Of a DNA stretch of 64,000 bases, positions 1 through 10,865 are shown in pieces; position 1 is the first letter of the stretch; each line of letters opens with the position of its first letter. The stretch is from an uncultured Verrucomicrobiae bacterium (lineage in GTDB: Bacteria > Verrucomicrobiota > Verrucomicrobiia > Chthoniobacterales > JAFAMB01). The DNA lies in contig CAWEXO010000011.1 in the NCBI GenBank assembly GCA_963813025.1, positions 448,001 to 512,000 of the forward strand, given 5' to 3'. The notes beneath the pieces are model-generated. The model searched no databases and was not told where the DNA came from. It was given only the letters and a program-made list of their open reading frames with translations. The position numbers and the translations under genes were made by a program.

Positions 1-658
1 GCGCCTTGGCCAGGCGAAGAAATTCCCGCACAACCACCGGTGGAGTCAGGATTACGGCCAAAGCAAAACTGAATTGTTCAGCCCGCACTCGGGAAACTCC
101 CAGCAACAGGCCTGCCGAGATAGTCGCTCCCGATCTGGAAAAGCCGCGAAAGGGAAGCGCGAAGCCCTGAATCGCACCGATAAGGCAAGATTCCCGGCCG
201 TCTGGACCGCGCCCATCGCGAACCGGACCAGGCGCCCGACCCGAGAAAATAATTAAGAGGCCGACCAACGCGAGCGCGCACGCAATCAAGCTCAGATTGC
301 CGAAAAGCGTCTCGATCTCGGCGTTATCGAACCCGCGCATGAAAATCTTCTCGATCAGCAGCAGGAGAAAAACGCCGATGACTCCCGTGGCCAAAGTAGC
401 AATCACTAACTGTTTGACGAAATTCCAGAGTGAAGCAGAGGAATCGGACAGCTCCCGCCACCAAGGGCGCCAAAAGTAGGCGAGCACAGCGAACATCGTC
501 CCCGTATGGAGGGCCACCAGGAGCAGGGTCATTTGGGGGCTGGTTGGATCAATGCCCATCAGCTTTTCGGCGATGATCACGTGAGCTGAGCTGGAAACGG
601 GCAACAATTCGCAGGCGCCTTGAATGATCGCTAAGATCAGAATTTGCAAAACGTTCAT
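1..658 (-). CDS. uppP: Undecaprenyl-diphosphate phosphatase (partial; runs off the window edge)
   Basis: Manual translation MNVLQILILAIIQGACELLPVSSSAH...LHTGT...GFSRSGATIS...AEQFSFALA contains BacA/UppP motifs; absent from the ORF track. Confidence 0.92.
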   Translation of the reverse strand, partial: MNVLQILILAIIQGACELLPVSSSAHVIIAEKLMGIDPTSPQMTLLLVALHTGTMFAVLAYFWRPWWRELSDSSASLWNFVKQLVIATLATGVIGVFLLLLIEKIFMRGFDNAEIETLFGNLSLIACALALVGLLIIFSGRAPGPVRDGRGPDGRESCLIGAIQGFALPFRGFSRSGATISAGLLLGVSRVRAEQFSFALAVILTPPVVVREFLRLAKA

Positions 659-688
659 GAGCCGTCGGTGTAAAGAACTCGCGATTGT

Positions 689-1432
689 ATGGAGGATGGG
701 CGGCGTGGCAAGCTTGGACGCGCCGGCGCATTCCCTGGCCTCGCTAAATTTCTCTTTCCGGCAGAAAATCGCGATTATTCTGTGCGCGTGCGAAAGACGT
801 TCTTCCTACTGCTTCTTCTTGCGCTCACACCGCTTTTCAGCGGACGCGCTACTGAGGACATTGTTATCCAGGATCCGATCGCCGATTACTTGGCGATGCA
901 GGTTGCCGACCGCGTAATCAATGCGGAGCCGCTTCTGGTCATCAAGAAGGTCGAAGTTGACGTCGCCGGCGACGGAAATCCGCTGGTCTTCATCGGCACT
1001 TGGTACCGCAATTCCGGACCGAATACGTGGCTCTGGGTTGGTTATCGGCGCGTGCCGTCAGGGTTTGTCCGGACCACACCACCCAACGCGGATATGCTAA
1101 TCGACTTCAATGATATTTACGTCGGATTTCTGCCGGACTTGAAATGCCAGGGCATGGCCCAAGCCTACAGTCTGGAACTCGATAACAAAGAGCGCGCGCA
1201 ATCGAACGTAATTAGCGATCTGACCTTCTATTATCTGCAGAACAACAAACTGGTCGAGCAAAGCACTGGCATGCTTGACTTGGAAGATCCCTCTCAGAAA
1301 GCAAAATACGACTTCTACTTCGGTCCTAACCGTGAAATTCGGGACCATCCGCGCATCGAAGCTTTTACGATCATGGATCTAGCCCGGCGGGGTTACAAAA
1401 TTCCAAAGCCCGGGACGAAACCACCAACCTAA
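689..1432 (+). CDS. Hypothetical exported protein (true start probably near 782-788)
   Basis: 247-aa ORF with a signal-peptide-like stretch RKTFFLLLLLALTPLFSGRA. Confidence 0.7.
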   Translation: MEDGRRGKLGRAGAFPGLAKFLFPAENRDYSVRVRKTFFLLLLLALTPLFSGRATEDIVIQDPIADYLAMQVADRVINAEPLLVIKKVEVDVAGDGNPLVFIGTWYRNSGPNTWLWVGYRRVPSGFVRTTPPNADMLIDFNDIYVGFLPDLKCQGMAQAYSLELDNKERAQSNVISDLTFYYLQNNKLVEQSTGMLDLEDPSQKAKYDFYFGPNREIRDHPRIEAFTIMDLARRGYKIPKPGTKPPT

Positions 1433-2520
1433 AGCCGCTTGCACTCGTGCAGCCCTGCCTTGCTTAGCTCATTTGAGAGGCGGCCCAGGATCTTAATGGC
1501 GTGGTCAATCTTCGAAGACCAGGGATGCGCGCAGCTGATTCTCAGGCAATTGCGGTAGCCATCCCCTTCGCCGAGAAAATACAACCAGGCGCGATCGAGA
1601 TGTGGTGTTCATTGAGCGCGCAAACAGCCAAAACGGTGGTGTCTGCGTTTGTCTCGACCCAGAGGACAAAACTCCCCTGCGGACGCGAGATGCGCGTACC
1701 CGCGGGAAAGTAACGCGCAACCGCGTCACTAAACCGGCATAATAGCTCCCAATAGACTGATCGGATCTTGCGCAGATGAGCGTCGTAAGCGCCGTGCTCC
1801 AGAAATTCCGCAATCGCCATCTGCGTAATCGCCGGACACGCGAATGTCTGGTTGGTTTTCATTTGCAGAACAGCGTCCCGAAACCTGCCGGGCGAAACCC
1901 AACCAACGCGCATCCCAGGCGCAAGCGTCTTGGAGGTCGAGCTGCAGAGCAGAACAAGTCCTTCTGTATCAAACGCCTTCGCGGTAGTTGGACGTCTATC
2001 ACCGGGACGCGGCAGATCGCCGTAGATATCGTCTTCGATCAACGGAATTCGCCGTTTTGCGAGAAGGGAAACGAGTTCTTTTTTGCTGTCTAAGGCCAAC
2101 GAACATCCCAATGGGTTGCTGTAGTTCGTCACGATCAAACAAGCGCCTATTCTGGAGATCGTGCGAATGGCCTCGCGGATATGCTCCAGGGACACTCCTT
2201 CTCGCGGATCGGTCGCCAGCTCTACGACGCGCAGGCCCAGATTTTCGATCAGCTCCAAAAGGCCATAGTATGTCGGAGACTCCACCAGGACCGCGGACCC
2301 CGAAGCGCACGTCGCTCGCAAACAAAGCGCGAGCGCTTCGCCTGCGCCATAAGTCACAACAGATTCTTCCTGGTTCAGGAAACATCCCCAGTCGTGAGCT
2401 CGACGAGCGAGCTGTTTGCGAAGTTTCGGGTGTCCGGCTGGGTCGGTGTAGCGTACTAGTTCGTTCGGTGCTGATCGCGCGAGCGACGAGGTCATTCGCG
2501 CCAGTCGCGCGGTTGGATTC
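1429..2520 (-). pseudogene. MocR/GntR-family PLP-dependent regulator remnant (HTH missing, frameshift near 1563)
   Basis: Aminotransferase class I/II motifs (NYSNPLG, EDDIYGDL, SKTLAPGMRVGW); C-terminus GYRNCLRISCAHPWS continues in another frame. Confidence 0.8.
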
Positions 2521-2539
2521 TGACAGGAATCGGAATCCC

Positions 2540-2895
2540 CTGCTTCACGTTCACTCTGCCGATGACTCGCCTGGCTTTGGAAGCATTTGACCCTGTGACT
2601 ATTGCGATCGCCCGAGGCGCAGGTGCCGGCATTGTAGCGCTCGCCTGGCAGTTCTTGTCACGTGACGCAATTCCCACTCGCGATCAACTCATCCGGATGT
2701 TCTCGGCGGGGCTTGGCATTGTGAGCTTGTTCCCGCTGCTCATTTCGATTGCTTTACAATTCGTCCCGGCGACTCACGCAGGAGTTGTTCAATCGATTCT
2801 TCCGTTGGCCACCGCGTTTTTTGGTGTGATTCGGGGCCGAGAGAAAGCGTCACGCCGATTCTGGATCTTGGCGGTTCTTGGTGCGGTGGCGGCTG
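2540..2895 (+). pseudogene. EamA/DMT transporter fragment
   Basis: FTLPMTRLALEAFDP...ALQFVPATHAGVVQSILPLATAFFGVIRGRE; only about one EamA repeat, truncated at both ends. Confidence 0.7.
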
Positions 2896-2969
2896 ATATG
2901 GGGACAGGCCCCGACCAGGCCGGGCTTAGGCGGCTGATTGGGGACAGGCCCCGACCCGGCCGGGCTTAG
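2889..2969. repeat. Two tandem ~40-bp copies containing a GGGGACAGGCCCC hairpin
   Basis: gcggctgatatggggacaggccccgaccaggccgggcttag followed by gcggctgattggggacaggccccgacccggccgggcttag. Confidence 0.85.
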
Positions 2970-3372
2970 GGTCACATATGAGAACGTCTACGTGGGGGAC
3001 GGGTCCACTTGCAGGATCACCAGAAACGAATGAGGTCGGTCGGCGTTGCGGCGGTTTCGCTAAGTTGCGGCGATCCGGGAGAAACATTCACTGCGGACAG
3101 GTCCAATCGACGTAGACCCAATCTCTTGGAGGCAAGGTTCCCTTCCGGCGGGTCCCCTGGCCAGACACGGACGAGGCCGTCGGCGCTATTCGCTGCCGGC
3201 AAAAACGCCGATCGGGCACACCCGTCGGACTTTGGGCGATCTGTAGTACAGCCATCGAGATAGGTTAGGGGGCGGGGAATCCAAAACGGGTTTCCCCGGT
3301 CAGACAATGCCAAGGCGAAACCGTTGTAAAACGGCTGATTGATCGATCCATTGTTTGTTGTACGTTTTCCTT

Positions 3373-3579
3373 ATGCCCACCGTAAAGGTCTCCAGCAAGT
3401 ATCAGATCGTCATCCCGCGCGAGATCCGTCAGAACCTGAAACTCAGGCCGGGACTTTTGCTGCGAGCCGTCGAGTACGATGGCCGCATCGAGCTGATTCC
3501 CGTGCGCAAACCCTCCACTCTGAGAGGCGCTTTTCCTGGACTAAACACGGAAATCTTGCGGGACGAGGATCGCTGGTGA
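3373..3579 (+). CDS. AbrB/MazE-like antitoxin (VapB)
   Basis: MPTVKVSSKYQIVIPREIRQNLKLRPG AbrB motif; GTGA overlap with the PIN gene. Confidence 0.88.
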   Translation: MPTVKVSSKYQIVIPREIRQNLKLRPGLLLRAVEYDGRIELIPVRKPSTLRGAFPGLNTEILRDEDRW

Positions 3580-3932
3580 ACGTCGTTGACTCTTCCGGAT
3601 GGCTCGAGTATTTCGCGGGCACCGAACGCGCTGACCTGTTCGCGCCGGCGATCGAGCGAACCGAGCGATTGATCGTTCCGGTGATCTCGATTTTTGAAGT
3701 ATTCCGCAAGCTGTTCCGCGAATTCGGTGAGAATGCCGGACTACAGGCCTATGCCGTCATGAGCCAGGGACGAGTTGTCGATCTTGATGAACGCTTGGTA
3801 CTGCGAGCCGCCCCTTATCCTTTGCCGATGGCCGACAGTATTATTCTTGCCACGGCCCAGGAATACCGCGCAATTGTTTGGACTCAAGACCGGCATTTTC
3901 AAGGGTTGCCGCAGGTAAAATTCTTCGAATAG
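3576..3932 (+). CDS. vapC: VapC PIN-domain toxin
   Basis: VNVVDSSGWLEYF...SIFEV...MADSIILATA...WTQDRHF acidic PIN motifs. Confidence 0.9.
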   Translation: MNVVDSSGWLEYFAGTERADLFAPAIERTERLIVPVISIFEVFRKLFREFGENAGLQAYAVMSQGRVVDLDERLVLRAAPYPLPMADSIILATAQEYRAIVWTQDRHFQGLPQVKFFE

Positions 3933-3934
3933 GC

Positions 3935-4670
3935 GTGACGTCTTCCGCTTCCATAGCGACTGACCCACATGCGAGCTACGCTCGTTCCGCACGTTTTTAT
4001 GATCTGATTTACTCCTGGAAAGACTACACAACCGAAGCAAAAATCATTGAAGCCATCATTGACCAACACAACCCGAGGGCAATTTCATTACTGGATGTCG
4101 CGTGCGGGACTGGCGAGCACCTGAAATTCTTGGATCGGTTTGCCAGGGCAGGATTGGATAACAATCCGGAGTTTGTCGCACTCGCGCGGCAAAAGTTACC
4201 TGATGTACCGATCTACCTAGCCGACATGACGGCGTTTGACCTGGGCTGCCGGTTTGACGTGATCACTTGTCTGTTCAGCGCGATCGGATACTTGAGGGAC
4301 GATCCATCCGTGCTTGCTTTTTTTTAACAGTTGCAAGCGGCACCTGACCCGCAGCGGCATCGTTTTGGTCGAACCCTGGTTTGAACCCGACCCATCAGCC
4401 CCGCCAAGAAGAATCAGCATGGGAACCGCTGAGCAGGGTGACCGGAAGGTGTGCCGCATCATGGTGACGAACACCGAGGGCGCCTTTTCGGTGATGGCCG
4501 CCCATCATCTAACTGTCGAAAATGGAGAGGTCGATTACTTCATCGAGCATCATCGGATGCGGTTGATGAGTCGCACTAAGCTCACAGAACTGTTTGGCGA
4601 GGCTGGCTTTAAGGTCGCGTATGATGCAAAAGGGCTAACGGGACGAGGGGTGTATACCGCGCGGGTTTGA
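3935..4670 (+). pseudogene. Class I SAM-dependent methyltransferase split by a frameshift in a T8 run (4318-4325)
   Basis: LLDVACGTGEH and FDVITCLFSAIGY in one frame, HLTRSGIVLVEPW in the next; deleting one T fuses them. Confidence 0.8.
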
Positions 4671-4856
4671 GGATCAGGCTTTCGATGACCGTCGATAACG
4701 CCTTCACTGGATCGACGGTTTGAGTTGGACCCCTTCTCCGAGGCCTATAACCATCACAAACGCGAAGATCCGCAAAATCATATCGTTTATTGTTCTCATT
4801 CGTGCTCGCCCCACTTTCTTGAAGCGACTAAATCAATCTACAAAAATCTTGGTCAG

Positions 4857-5561
4857 CTAATGGGTGCGAACCTGGCCGTAATAGGAGCTCGGTCCGTGCT
4901 TCCGTAGAAAATGCTTATCGAGCAGGTGTTTAGAGATTGGTTGTGCCTCAGGATTAAGTTCAATGGTTCTCATCGCCATTTCCGCCACGATCTCCAGCGC
5001 CAGAGCGTTTTCGACCGCTTTTTTTCCGCTTGAGCCCCAAGCAAAGGGTCCGTGGTTGCGAACGAGCACGGCGCAAACTTCGTTCGGGTCAAGTGTCCTG
5101 AAGCGTTCGACGATCACATTGCCGGTTTCCCACTCGTAAGCGGACTCGATTTCCTGGGCCGTCATGATGCGTGTAACCGGTACGCTGCCATAGAAATAGT
5201 CGGCGTGGGTGGTCCCGAAGCAGGGGATTTCGCGGCCCGCCTGGGCGAAGGCGACGGCGTTGCGCGAATGGGTATGCACCACCGCTCGAACGTCTTGGAA
5301 TGCCTGGAACAAACGGCGGTGTGTCGGGGTGTCCGAAGAGGGGCGCAGAGACCCCTCAACGATTCGTCCTTCGAAGTCGACGATCACTATGTCGTTGGGC
5401 TGCATGACATTGTAATCAACGCCGCTAGGTTTAATTGCGAAAACCCGGCGAGCCGGATCGGCCACGCTGACGTTCCCGAACGTAAGGTCAATCACCTTAT
5501 ATTCCGGCAACAACAGGTTGGCTTCGTAACACTCTTCCTTGATCTCACTATAATTGCTCAT
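4857..5561 (-). CDS. araD: L-ribulose-5-phosphate 4-epimerase
   Basis: TFGNVS, IKPSGVDY, PSSDTPTH, HTHS, GTTHADYF, KHFLRKHG..YYGQ. Confidence 0.95.
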   Translation of the reverse strand: MSNYSEIKEECYEANLLLPEYKVIDLTFGNVSVADPARRVFAIKPSGVDYNVMQPNDIVIVDFEGRIVEGSLRPSSDTPTHRRLFQAFQDVRAVVHTHSRNAVAFAQAGREIPCFGTTHADYFYGSVPVTRIMTAQEIESAYEWETGNVIVERFRTLDPNEVCAVLVRNHGPFAWGSSGKKAVENALALEIVAEMAMRTIELNPEAQPISKHLLDKHFLRKHGPSSYYGQVRTH

Positions 5562-5617
5562 AGCGACGCAATTCAGCCGATCATTTGCTTGTCCATGTAC
5601 CAAAGCACAGCCCGGCC

Positions 5618-7132
5618 TTATATCTCCCTCAAACCGGTCGCGAAGTGATAGTAAATCTCGTTATCACGAAGCCGGTGCTTGAACTCGCGCAGGTGCGTCT
5701 CGCGATCAATGATCGCTAGTTCCACGCCTGCAATTTCTGCAAAATCTTCCAAGTATTCGGTCGTGGCGACATAACTATAGACGGTGTGATGCGCCCCACC
5801 GGCATAAATCCAGGCAGCCACCGCGGTCTTGAAATCTGGGAAGCATTTCCAAACGGCCCGCGCCACGGGCAGCTTCGGCAACGGCTCGAGCGGTTTTACG
5901 GCCTGCACTTCGTTGACGATAAAGCGAAAGCGGTTTCCGAGATCGATAAGGGAGGCATTGATAGCCGGCCCCGGCGGAGCATTAAATACCAAGCGCACCG
6001 GGTCCTCCTTACCGCCGATGGCCAGGGGGTGAATTTCCAATGACGGCTTGTCCTCGGCGATGGATTCGCACACCTCTAACATGTGCGAGCCAAGCACCAG
6101 GTGACCATCCGGATGCAAGTGGTAAGTGTAATCTTCCATGAAGGAAGTGCCGCCATCGAGGTCGGCGGCCATCGCCTTCACCGCCCGAAGCAGGGCGCAG
6201 GTTTTCCAATCACCTTCACCTCCAAAACCGTACCCGTCCGCCATCAGACGCTGTACTGCCAGCCCAGGAAGCTGCTTTAGCCCGTGCAGGACTTGGAAGT
6301 TAGTCGTGAACCCTTTAAAATGGCCCTCCTCCAAAAAGCCCCGCAAACCCAGCTCAATGCGCGCCCCGTCGCGCAGCCCATTGTGACGCGCACCGCCTGA
6401 GCGCAGTTCTTTTCGCACGTTATAGCGTTGTTCGTATTCCGTACAAAGCTTGGTTACCTCATCATCGGTCGCCCGATTTACGTACTCAACCAGGTCACCG
6501 ACGCCATAGCCGTTCACAGAAAAACCAAACTTTGCTTCAGCTGAGACTTTGTCGCCTTCAGTCACGGCAACGTCGCGCATGTTGTCAGCGAAGCGGGCGA
6601 ACTTCGCCCCTTGCCAGTCATGCCAAGCCCGCACGACGCGCATCCAGATTGCGACTCGCTCCTGGACCTCGGCGTCTGACCAATGGCCGGCCACCACTTT
6701 GCGGTTCAGCCGTAGCCGGGTGTGAATGTACCCCGCCTCTCGATCCCCGTGCGCGGCCTGGTTCAGGTTCATAAAATCCATGTCTATCTCGCTCCAGGGC
6801 AGGTCACGATTGAACTGGGTGTGCAGGTGCAGGAACGGCTTCATCAAAAGAGAAAGGCCGCCGATCCACATTTTCGAAGGCGAGAAAGTGTGCATCCAGA
6901 GCACCAAGCCGCCGCAGTTTGGCGTGCTGTTAGCCCGGATGCAAAGCGTGCGAATTTCTTCAGGTCGGGTGAGCACCGGCTGAAACACCATGTTAAGCGG
7001 GAGTCGCTGGGAGGCGTTTAGTTGGTTAACGATCTGTTGCGAATGTTCCGTCACCTGGCGTAGCGCCTCTGGTCCATAAAGGTGTTGGCTGCCCGTGATG
7101 AACCAGATTTCAGGCGATTCAAGGTTTTGCAT
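5618..7132 (-). CDS. araA: L-arabinose isomerase
   Basis: [43 protein letters not shown]. Confidence 0.97.
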   Translation of the reverse strand: MQNLESPEIWFITGSQHLYGPEALRQVTEHSQQIVNQLNASQRLPLNMVFQPVLTRPEEIRTLCIRANSTPNCGGLVLWMHTFSPSKMWIGGLSLLMKPFLHLHTQFNRDLPWSEIDMDFMNLNQAAHGDREAGYIHTRLRLNRKVVAGHWSDAEVQERVAIWMRVVRAWHDWQGAKFARFADNMRDVAVTEGDKVSAEAKFGFSVNGYGVGDLVEYVNRATDDEVTKLCTEYEQRYNVRKELRSGGARHNGLRDGARIELGLRGFLEEGHFKGFTTNFQVLHGLKQLPGLAVQRLMADGYGFGGEGDWKTCALLRAVKAMAADLDGGTSFMEDYTYHLHPDGHLVLGSHMLEVCESIAEDKPSLEIHPLAIGGKEDPVRLVFNAPPGPAINASLIDLGNRFRFIVNEVQAVKPLEPLPKLPVARAVWKCFPDFKTAVAAWIYAGGAHHTVYSYVATTEYLEDFAEIAGVELAIIDRETHLREFKHRLRDNEIYYHFATGLREI

Positions 7133-7158
7133 GTAGTGATTGTGGGAGAAGGTGCAAC

Positions 7159-7460
7159 CTACCGTGCTGTCTGAGCTTCTTTAATGCAGATGAGGTCTTT
7201 CATCACACCCGGGAGATCCGCGGACCGATTGAGGCCGCCGAACGCGTCGTGCAATCGGCGGTACAACACATAAAGCTGCTCGTAAACTGCCTGACTATCC
7301 GGATCAGGCCGGTAGGTGACAGGTTTAAGGGAGGTCATGGCCTGTTCAGCAGAATGGAAATCCGGGCATCAGCCTTTCTCGGGTCCCGCTAGCACGGCGG
7401 CGGCCATGGCTGACCCGAGCGCGCACGCCTGGCTCGAGGTTGGCATTTGCATGGTGCACC
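7159..7460 (-). pseudogene. araB: Ribulokinase C-terminal remnant with an internal stop
   Basis: QACALGSAMAAAVLAG...*...FHSAEQAMTSLKPVTYRP...YEQLYVLYRRLHDAFGG...VMKDL directly upstream of araA. Confidence 0.8.
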
Positions 7461-7829
7461 AGCGAATTAGGTTATCGGAATCTTCGACGAATGAAGAAGC
7501 CGTCCCGCAAGATTGCCGACTCCATTTTCTGCGAGCGAAATCGTAGCGCAAGCAAATTGTTAAAAACATTCGAACCGTCAGTTAAGTAAGCGATATTGAT
7601 TGCTGCGCCAAACATATTAAAGCTCGCAGTATCGAATTACTCGGCGTTCGCGGGGCAGCCGCTGTCGGCTACCCAATTCCGCGGAATGGCTCGCCATCCT
7701 TCTCCGCTTAAAAAAACAATCGCCTTGGCGCACTGCCCCGCGCGACCGGCTCAACTATTTCAGAATCAGCATTGCAGGTGTCTCGTAAAACCGTTTGGAA
7801 AACCGGGCGCACCCGATCGGCCAGCGTTT

Positions 7830-8056
7830 GGTTTGCATCACCAATTCGACCGGCCAGTCTGAAGGCCAGTGTTGCTCAAACCAGGAGTCGATCGCTTCTT
7901 CGCTAATCCGGTCGATACCGTGGAAAGATGGTCGGTTTCAACCCCTTTTCGGCCAGCAATCATCTGATCTCGAACAAACGCCCCCAGGTCGAGCAAGAGT
8001 AGCCGTAAGCTTTCCAGGTCTGAGTCCGAGAAGGGGAGCGCAGGCAAAGCAGTCAT
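7830..8056 (-). pseudogene. Possible inositol-monophosphatase-family N-terminal fragment
   Basis: LLLDLGAFVRDQMI... then shifted DRISEEAIDSWFEQHWPSDWPVELVM; recalled resemblance only. Confidence 0.4.
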
Positions 8057-8346
8057 TTTGGAAGGCGGTGTCTACGGATGTCAGCGTTGTTCTCAGAAAA
8101 GACCACTCATTTCGAGGTATTGAAGCAAAAAATAACGGAAAATGATAACCACAGATTTCTCAGATAAGGTTGAGGGGTCTTTTGTGGTTCTCGGAAGGAT
8201 TTGAACACAAGGCCTCAACGTCACAAAGACCAGCAACAAAATGCCTGGAGTAGCAGCCTGCGAGACAAAGGTACTTGCTTTCTGCCCGTCTCCCTGTTTA
8301 GCGTTTGCGAGCTTTTTTCCGAATCCCCCAACCTCCCGCACTGACT

Positions 8347-9381
8347 ATGGCCAGACCTGTTACCCTTTTCACCGGCCAGTGGGCCGACCTCACCCTGAAC
8401 GAACTTGCTCCAATAGCAAAAAAGATGGGCTTCGACGGGCTCGAACTTGCTTGTTGGGGCGACCACTTTGACGTCAACAAAGCGGCTCAATCGAAGGAAT
8501 ACTGCCAGGAGCGGTGGCGCATTCTTACCGAAAACGGGCTGACGGCTTTCTCCGTATCGAATCACTTAGCCGGTCAAGCGGTTTGTGACCTGATCGATGA
8601 ACGTCATCAGGCAATTCTCCCACCGGAAATCTGGGGCAATGGAAACCCGGAGGGCGTGCGCGAACGCGCCGCTGAAGCGATGAAAACCACTGCCCAGGCC
8701 TGCCGGAACTTTATTGATGCAAAACCGTCGAAAGACCTTGATTTTCCCGCGGTCGTCAACGGGTTCTCAGGGTCCAGTATCTGGCACGCGGTTTACGCCT
8801 TTCCACCAACCAGCCAAGCGTATCTCGACAAAGGCTTCGCCGATTTTGCGAAACGCTGGGTTCCGATTCTCGACGCGTTCGATGCAGTCAACGTGAACTT
8901 TGCTCTGGAAGTTCATCCGACAGAGATCGCCTTCGATATCGCCTCCGCTCAACGCGCCCTGGAAGCGGTCAACAATCATCCGCGATTCGGCTTCAATTAC
9001 GATCCATCGCACCTCGGATATCAGGGCGTTGATTACGTTCAGTTCATCTACAATTTCAAGGATCGGATCTATCACGCGCATATGAAAGATGCCTGGTGGG
9101 GACACGGAACCGGCGAGGTGGGTGTCTTCGGCGGACACACCGACTTCGGCGATCGGCGGCGCTACTGGGACTTCCGCTCCATTGGGCACGGTGACATTAA
9201 ATTCGAGGACATCATTGTTGCGCTGAACGATATCCGGTATCGCGGTCCGCTCTCCATCGAATGGGAAGATGGCCGCATGGATCGGGTGCATGGAGCAACG
9301 GAATCCTGCCGGAATACGCGGTCCTACGACTTCGAACCAAATCGGGCGGCGTTTGATGCCGCGTTTCAGAAGAAGGCGTAA
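8347..9381 (+). CDS. Sugar phosphate isomerase/epimerase (IolE/xylose-isomerase-like TIM barrel)
   Basis: [55 protein letters not shown]. Confidence 0.9.
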   Translation: MARPVTLFTGQWADLTLNELAPIAKKMGFDGLELACWGDHFDVNKAAQSKEYCQERWRILTENGLTAFSVSNHLAGQAVCDLIDERHQAILPPEIWGNGNPEGVRERAAEAMKTTAQACRNFIDAKPSKDLDFPAVVNGFSGSSIWHAVYAFPPTSQAYLDKGFADFAKRWVPILDAFDAVNVNFALEVHPTEIAFDIASAQRALEAVNNHPRFGFNYDPSHLGYQGVDYVQFIYNFKDRIYHAHMKDAWWGHGTGEVGVFGGHTDFGDRRRYWDFRSIGHGDIKFEDIIVALNDIRYRGPLSIEWEDGRMDRVHGATESCRNTRSYDFEPNRAAFDAAFQKKA

Positions 9382-9390
9382 CGAGGCACT

Positions 9391-10548
9391 ATGAGCAGAA
9401 GATTGCAAATGGGAATGGTCGGTGGCGGCCCCGGAGCCTTTATTGGGGCGGTACACCGGATCGCGGCAAGTTTAGATGGCAAAATCGATCTGGTTGCCGG
9501 AGCGTTCTCCAGTTCGGCCGACAAATCGAAGCAACAAGGCGAGGAACTCGGCTTGAATCCAACCCGGGTCTATCCTGATTACCGAACCATGGCCGCAGCC
9601 GAAGCCAAGCTGCCAAAAGGTGAACGCATCGACTTTGTCTCGATTGTCACTCCGAACAATTCACATTTCCCGGTCGCCAAGACTTTCCTCGAGGCAGGAT
9701 TCAATGTGGTCTGCGATAAGCCTATGACCTTCAATCTCGAAGAGGCCAAACAGTTGCGGGACATCGTTAAACATACGAAAAAGGTGTTTGCGCTCACCCA
9801 TAACTACACAGGATATCCGATGGTGAAGGAAGCGCGCGAGATGGTGCGCCGTGGCGACCTCGGAAAACTTCTGAAGATTGTGGCGGAGTATCCACAGGGC
9901 TGGTTAATCAACGCGATTGATGCGGAAGGCCAGAAACAAGCTTCCTGGCGAACCGACCCCGCAAAAGCCGGCGCAAGCAGCTGCATCGGTGATATTGGCA
10001 CGCACGCCGAAAATCTGGGGCGTTACATTAGCGGGCTGGAGATAGCCGAACTCTGTGCCGATTTCACCACGTTTGTTCCCGGGCGCCGACTGGAAGACGA
10101 TGGCAATCTGCTGATCCGCTACGAGGAAGGAGCCCGCGGGGTGCTCTACGCTTCCCAGATTTCTGCCGGCGAAGAAAACAATCTCACGATCCGGGTGTAC
10201 GGTACGCAGGCTTCGCTCGAATGGCATCAGGAACATCCGAATGAGTTGATCGTCAAGTATCCTGATGCACCGCGGAAAACATTTCGCCGCGGCAACAACT
10301 ACGTCAGCGAAACAACCAAGAAATTCACTCGTCTGCCGTTTGGCCATCCGGAGGCTTTTCTCGAAGCTTTCGCGAATATCTATCTTGAAGCAGCCCGCGC
10401 GATCACCGCGGAAGTCGAAGGAAAGCCAATCCCGGCGGATTGCGACTTTCCCACGGTCGACGACGGAGTTGAAGGAATGGCGTTTATTGCTACCGCGGTG
10501 GAAAGCGCAAAGAACGGCAGCGTGTGGACCAAGATGAAACGCGTCTAA
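9391..10548 (+). CDS. Gfo/Idh/MocA oxidoreductase
   Basis: MGMVGGGPGAFIGAVHR, VCDKP, THNYTGYPMV, GDIGTHA. Confidence 0.92.
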   Translation: MSRRLQMGMVGGGPGAFIGAVHRIAASLDGKIDLVAGAFSSSADKSKQQGEELGLNPTRVYPDYRTMAAAEAKLPKGERIDFVSIVTPNNSHFPVAKTFLEAGFNVVCDKPMTFNLEEAKQLRDIVKHTKKVFALTHNYTGYPMVKEAREMVRRGDLGKLLKIVAEYPQGWLINAIDAEGQKQASWRTDPAKAGASSCIGDIGTHAENLGRYISGLEIAELCADFTTFVPGRRLEDDGNLLIRYEEGARGVLYASQISAGEENNLTIRVYGTQASLEWHQEHPNELIVKYPDAPRKTFRRGNNYVSETTKKFTRLPFGHPEAFLEAFANIYLEAARAITAEVEGKPIPADCDFPTVDDGVEGMAFIATAVESAKNGSVWTKMKRV

Positions 10549-10589
10549 AGAAGGCTGCCCGAGCGTGCGCGCGTAGGATACGTTAGTAT

Positions 10590-10790
10590 TTCCGCAGAGG
10601 AAGCATCGGCAGTCTGACGTTCCTGTCCTGTCATCGACCTGATTATGCCCAGCCGTCAGAACCAGGAGCGTCTTTTGATCGGGACTCACTACCGAACTGA
10701 TGCCTCCGCTGGAAACAAAATCAGGAAAATCGGGAAACCCGGGATTTAATCGTTGCAGCATCGAGCGAGGAGCCGCTGTAGAATCGGATC
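10590..10790 (-). pseudogene. Short fragment resembling the N-terminus of YncE/beta-propeller phosphoesterase proteins
   Basis: TAAPRSMLQRLNPGFPDFPDFV...VVSPDQKTLLVLTAGHN; no start or continuation. Confidence 0.4.
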
Positions 10791-10865
10791 GCGTCCATAG
10801 GGAAGTCCCGTTAAAAACTGGATTATCCGTCGCCCCGAAGATCTTTGGCGGAGGGGGAAGCAAGC

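Noticed and set aside
2975..3330. Possible RAYT or other gene remnant next to the tandem hairpin repeat
   Set aside because: No convincing motif in any frame
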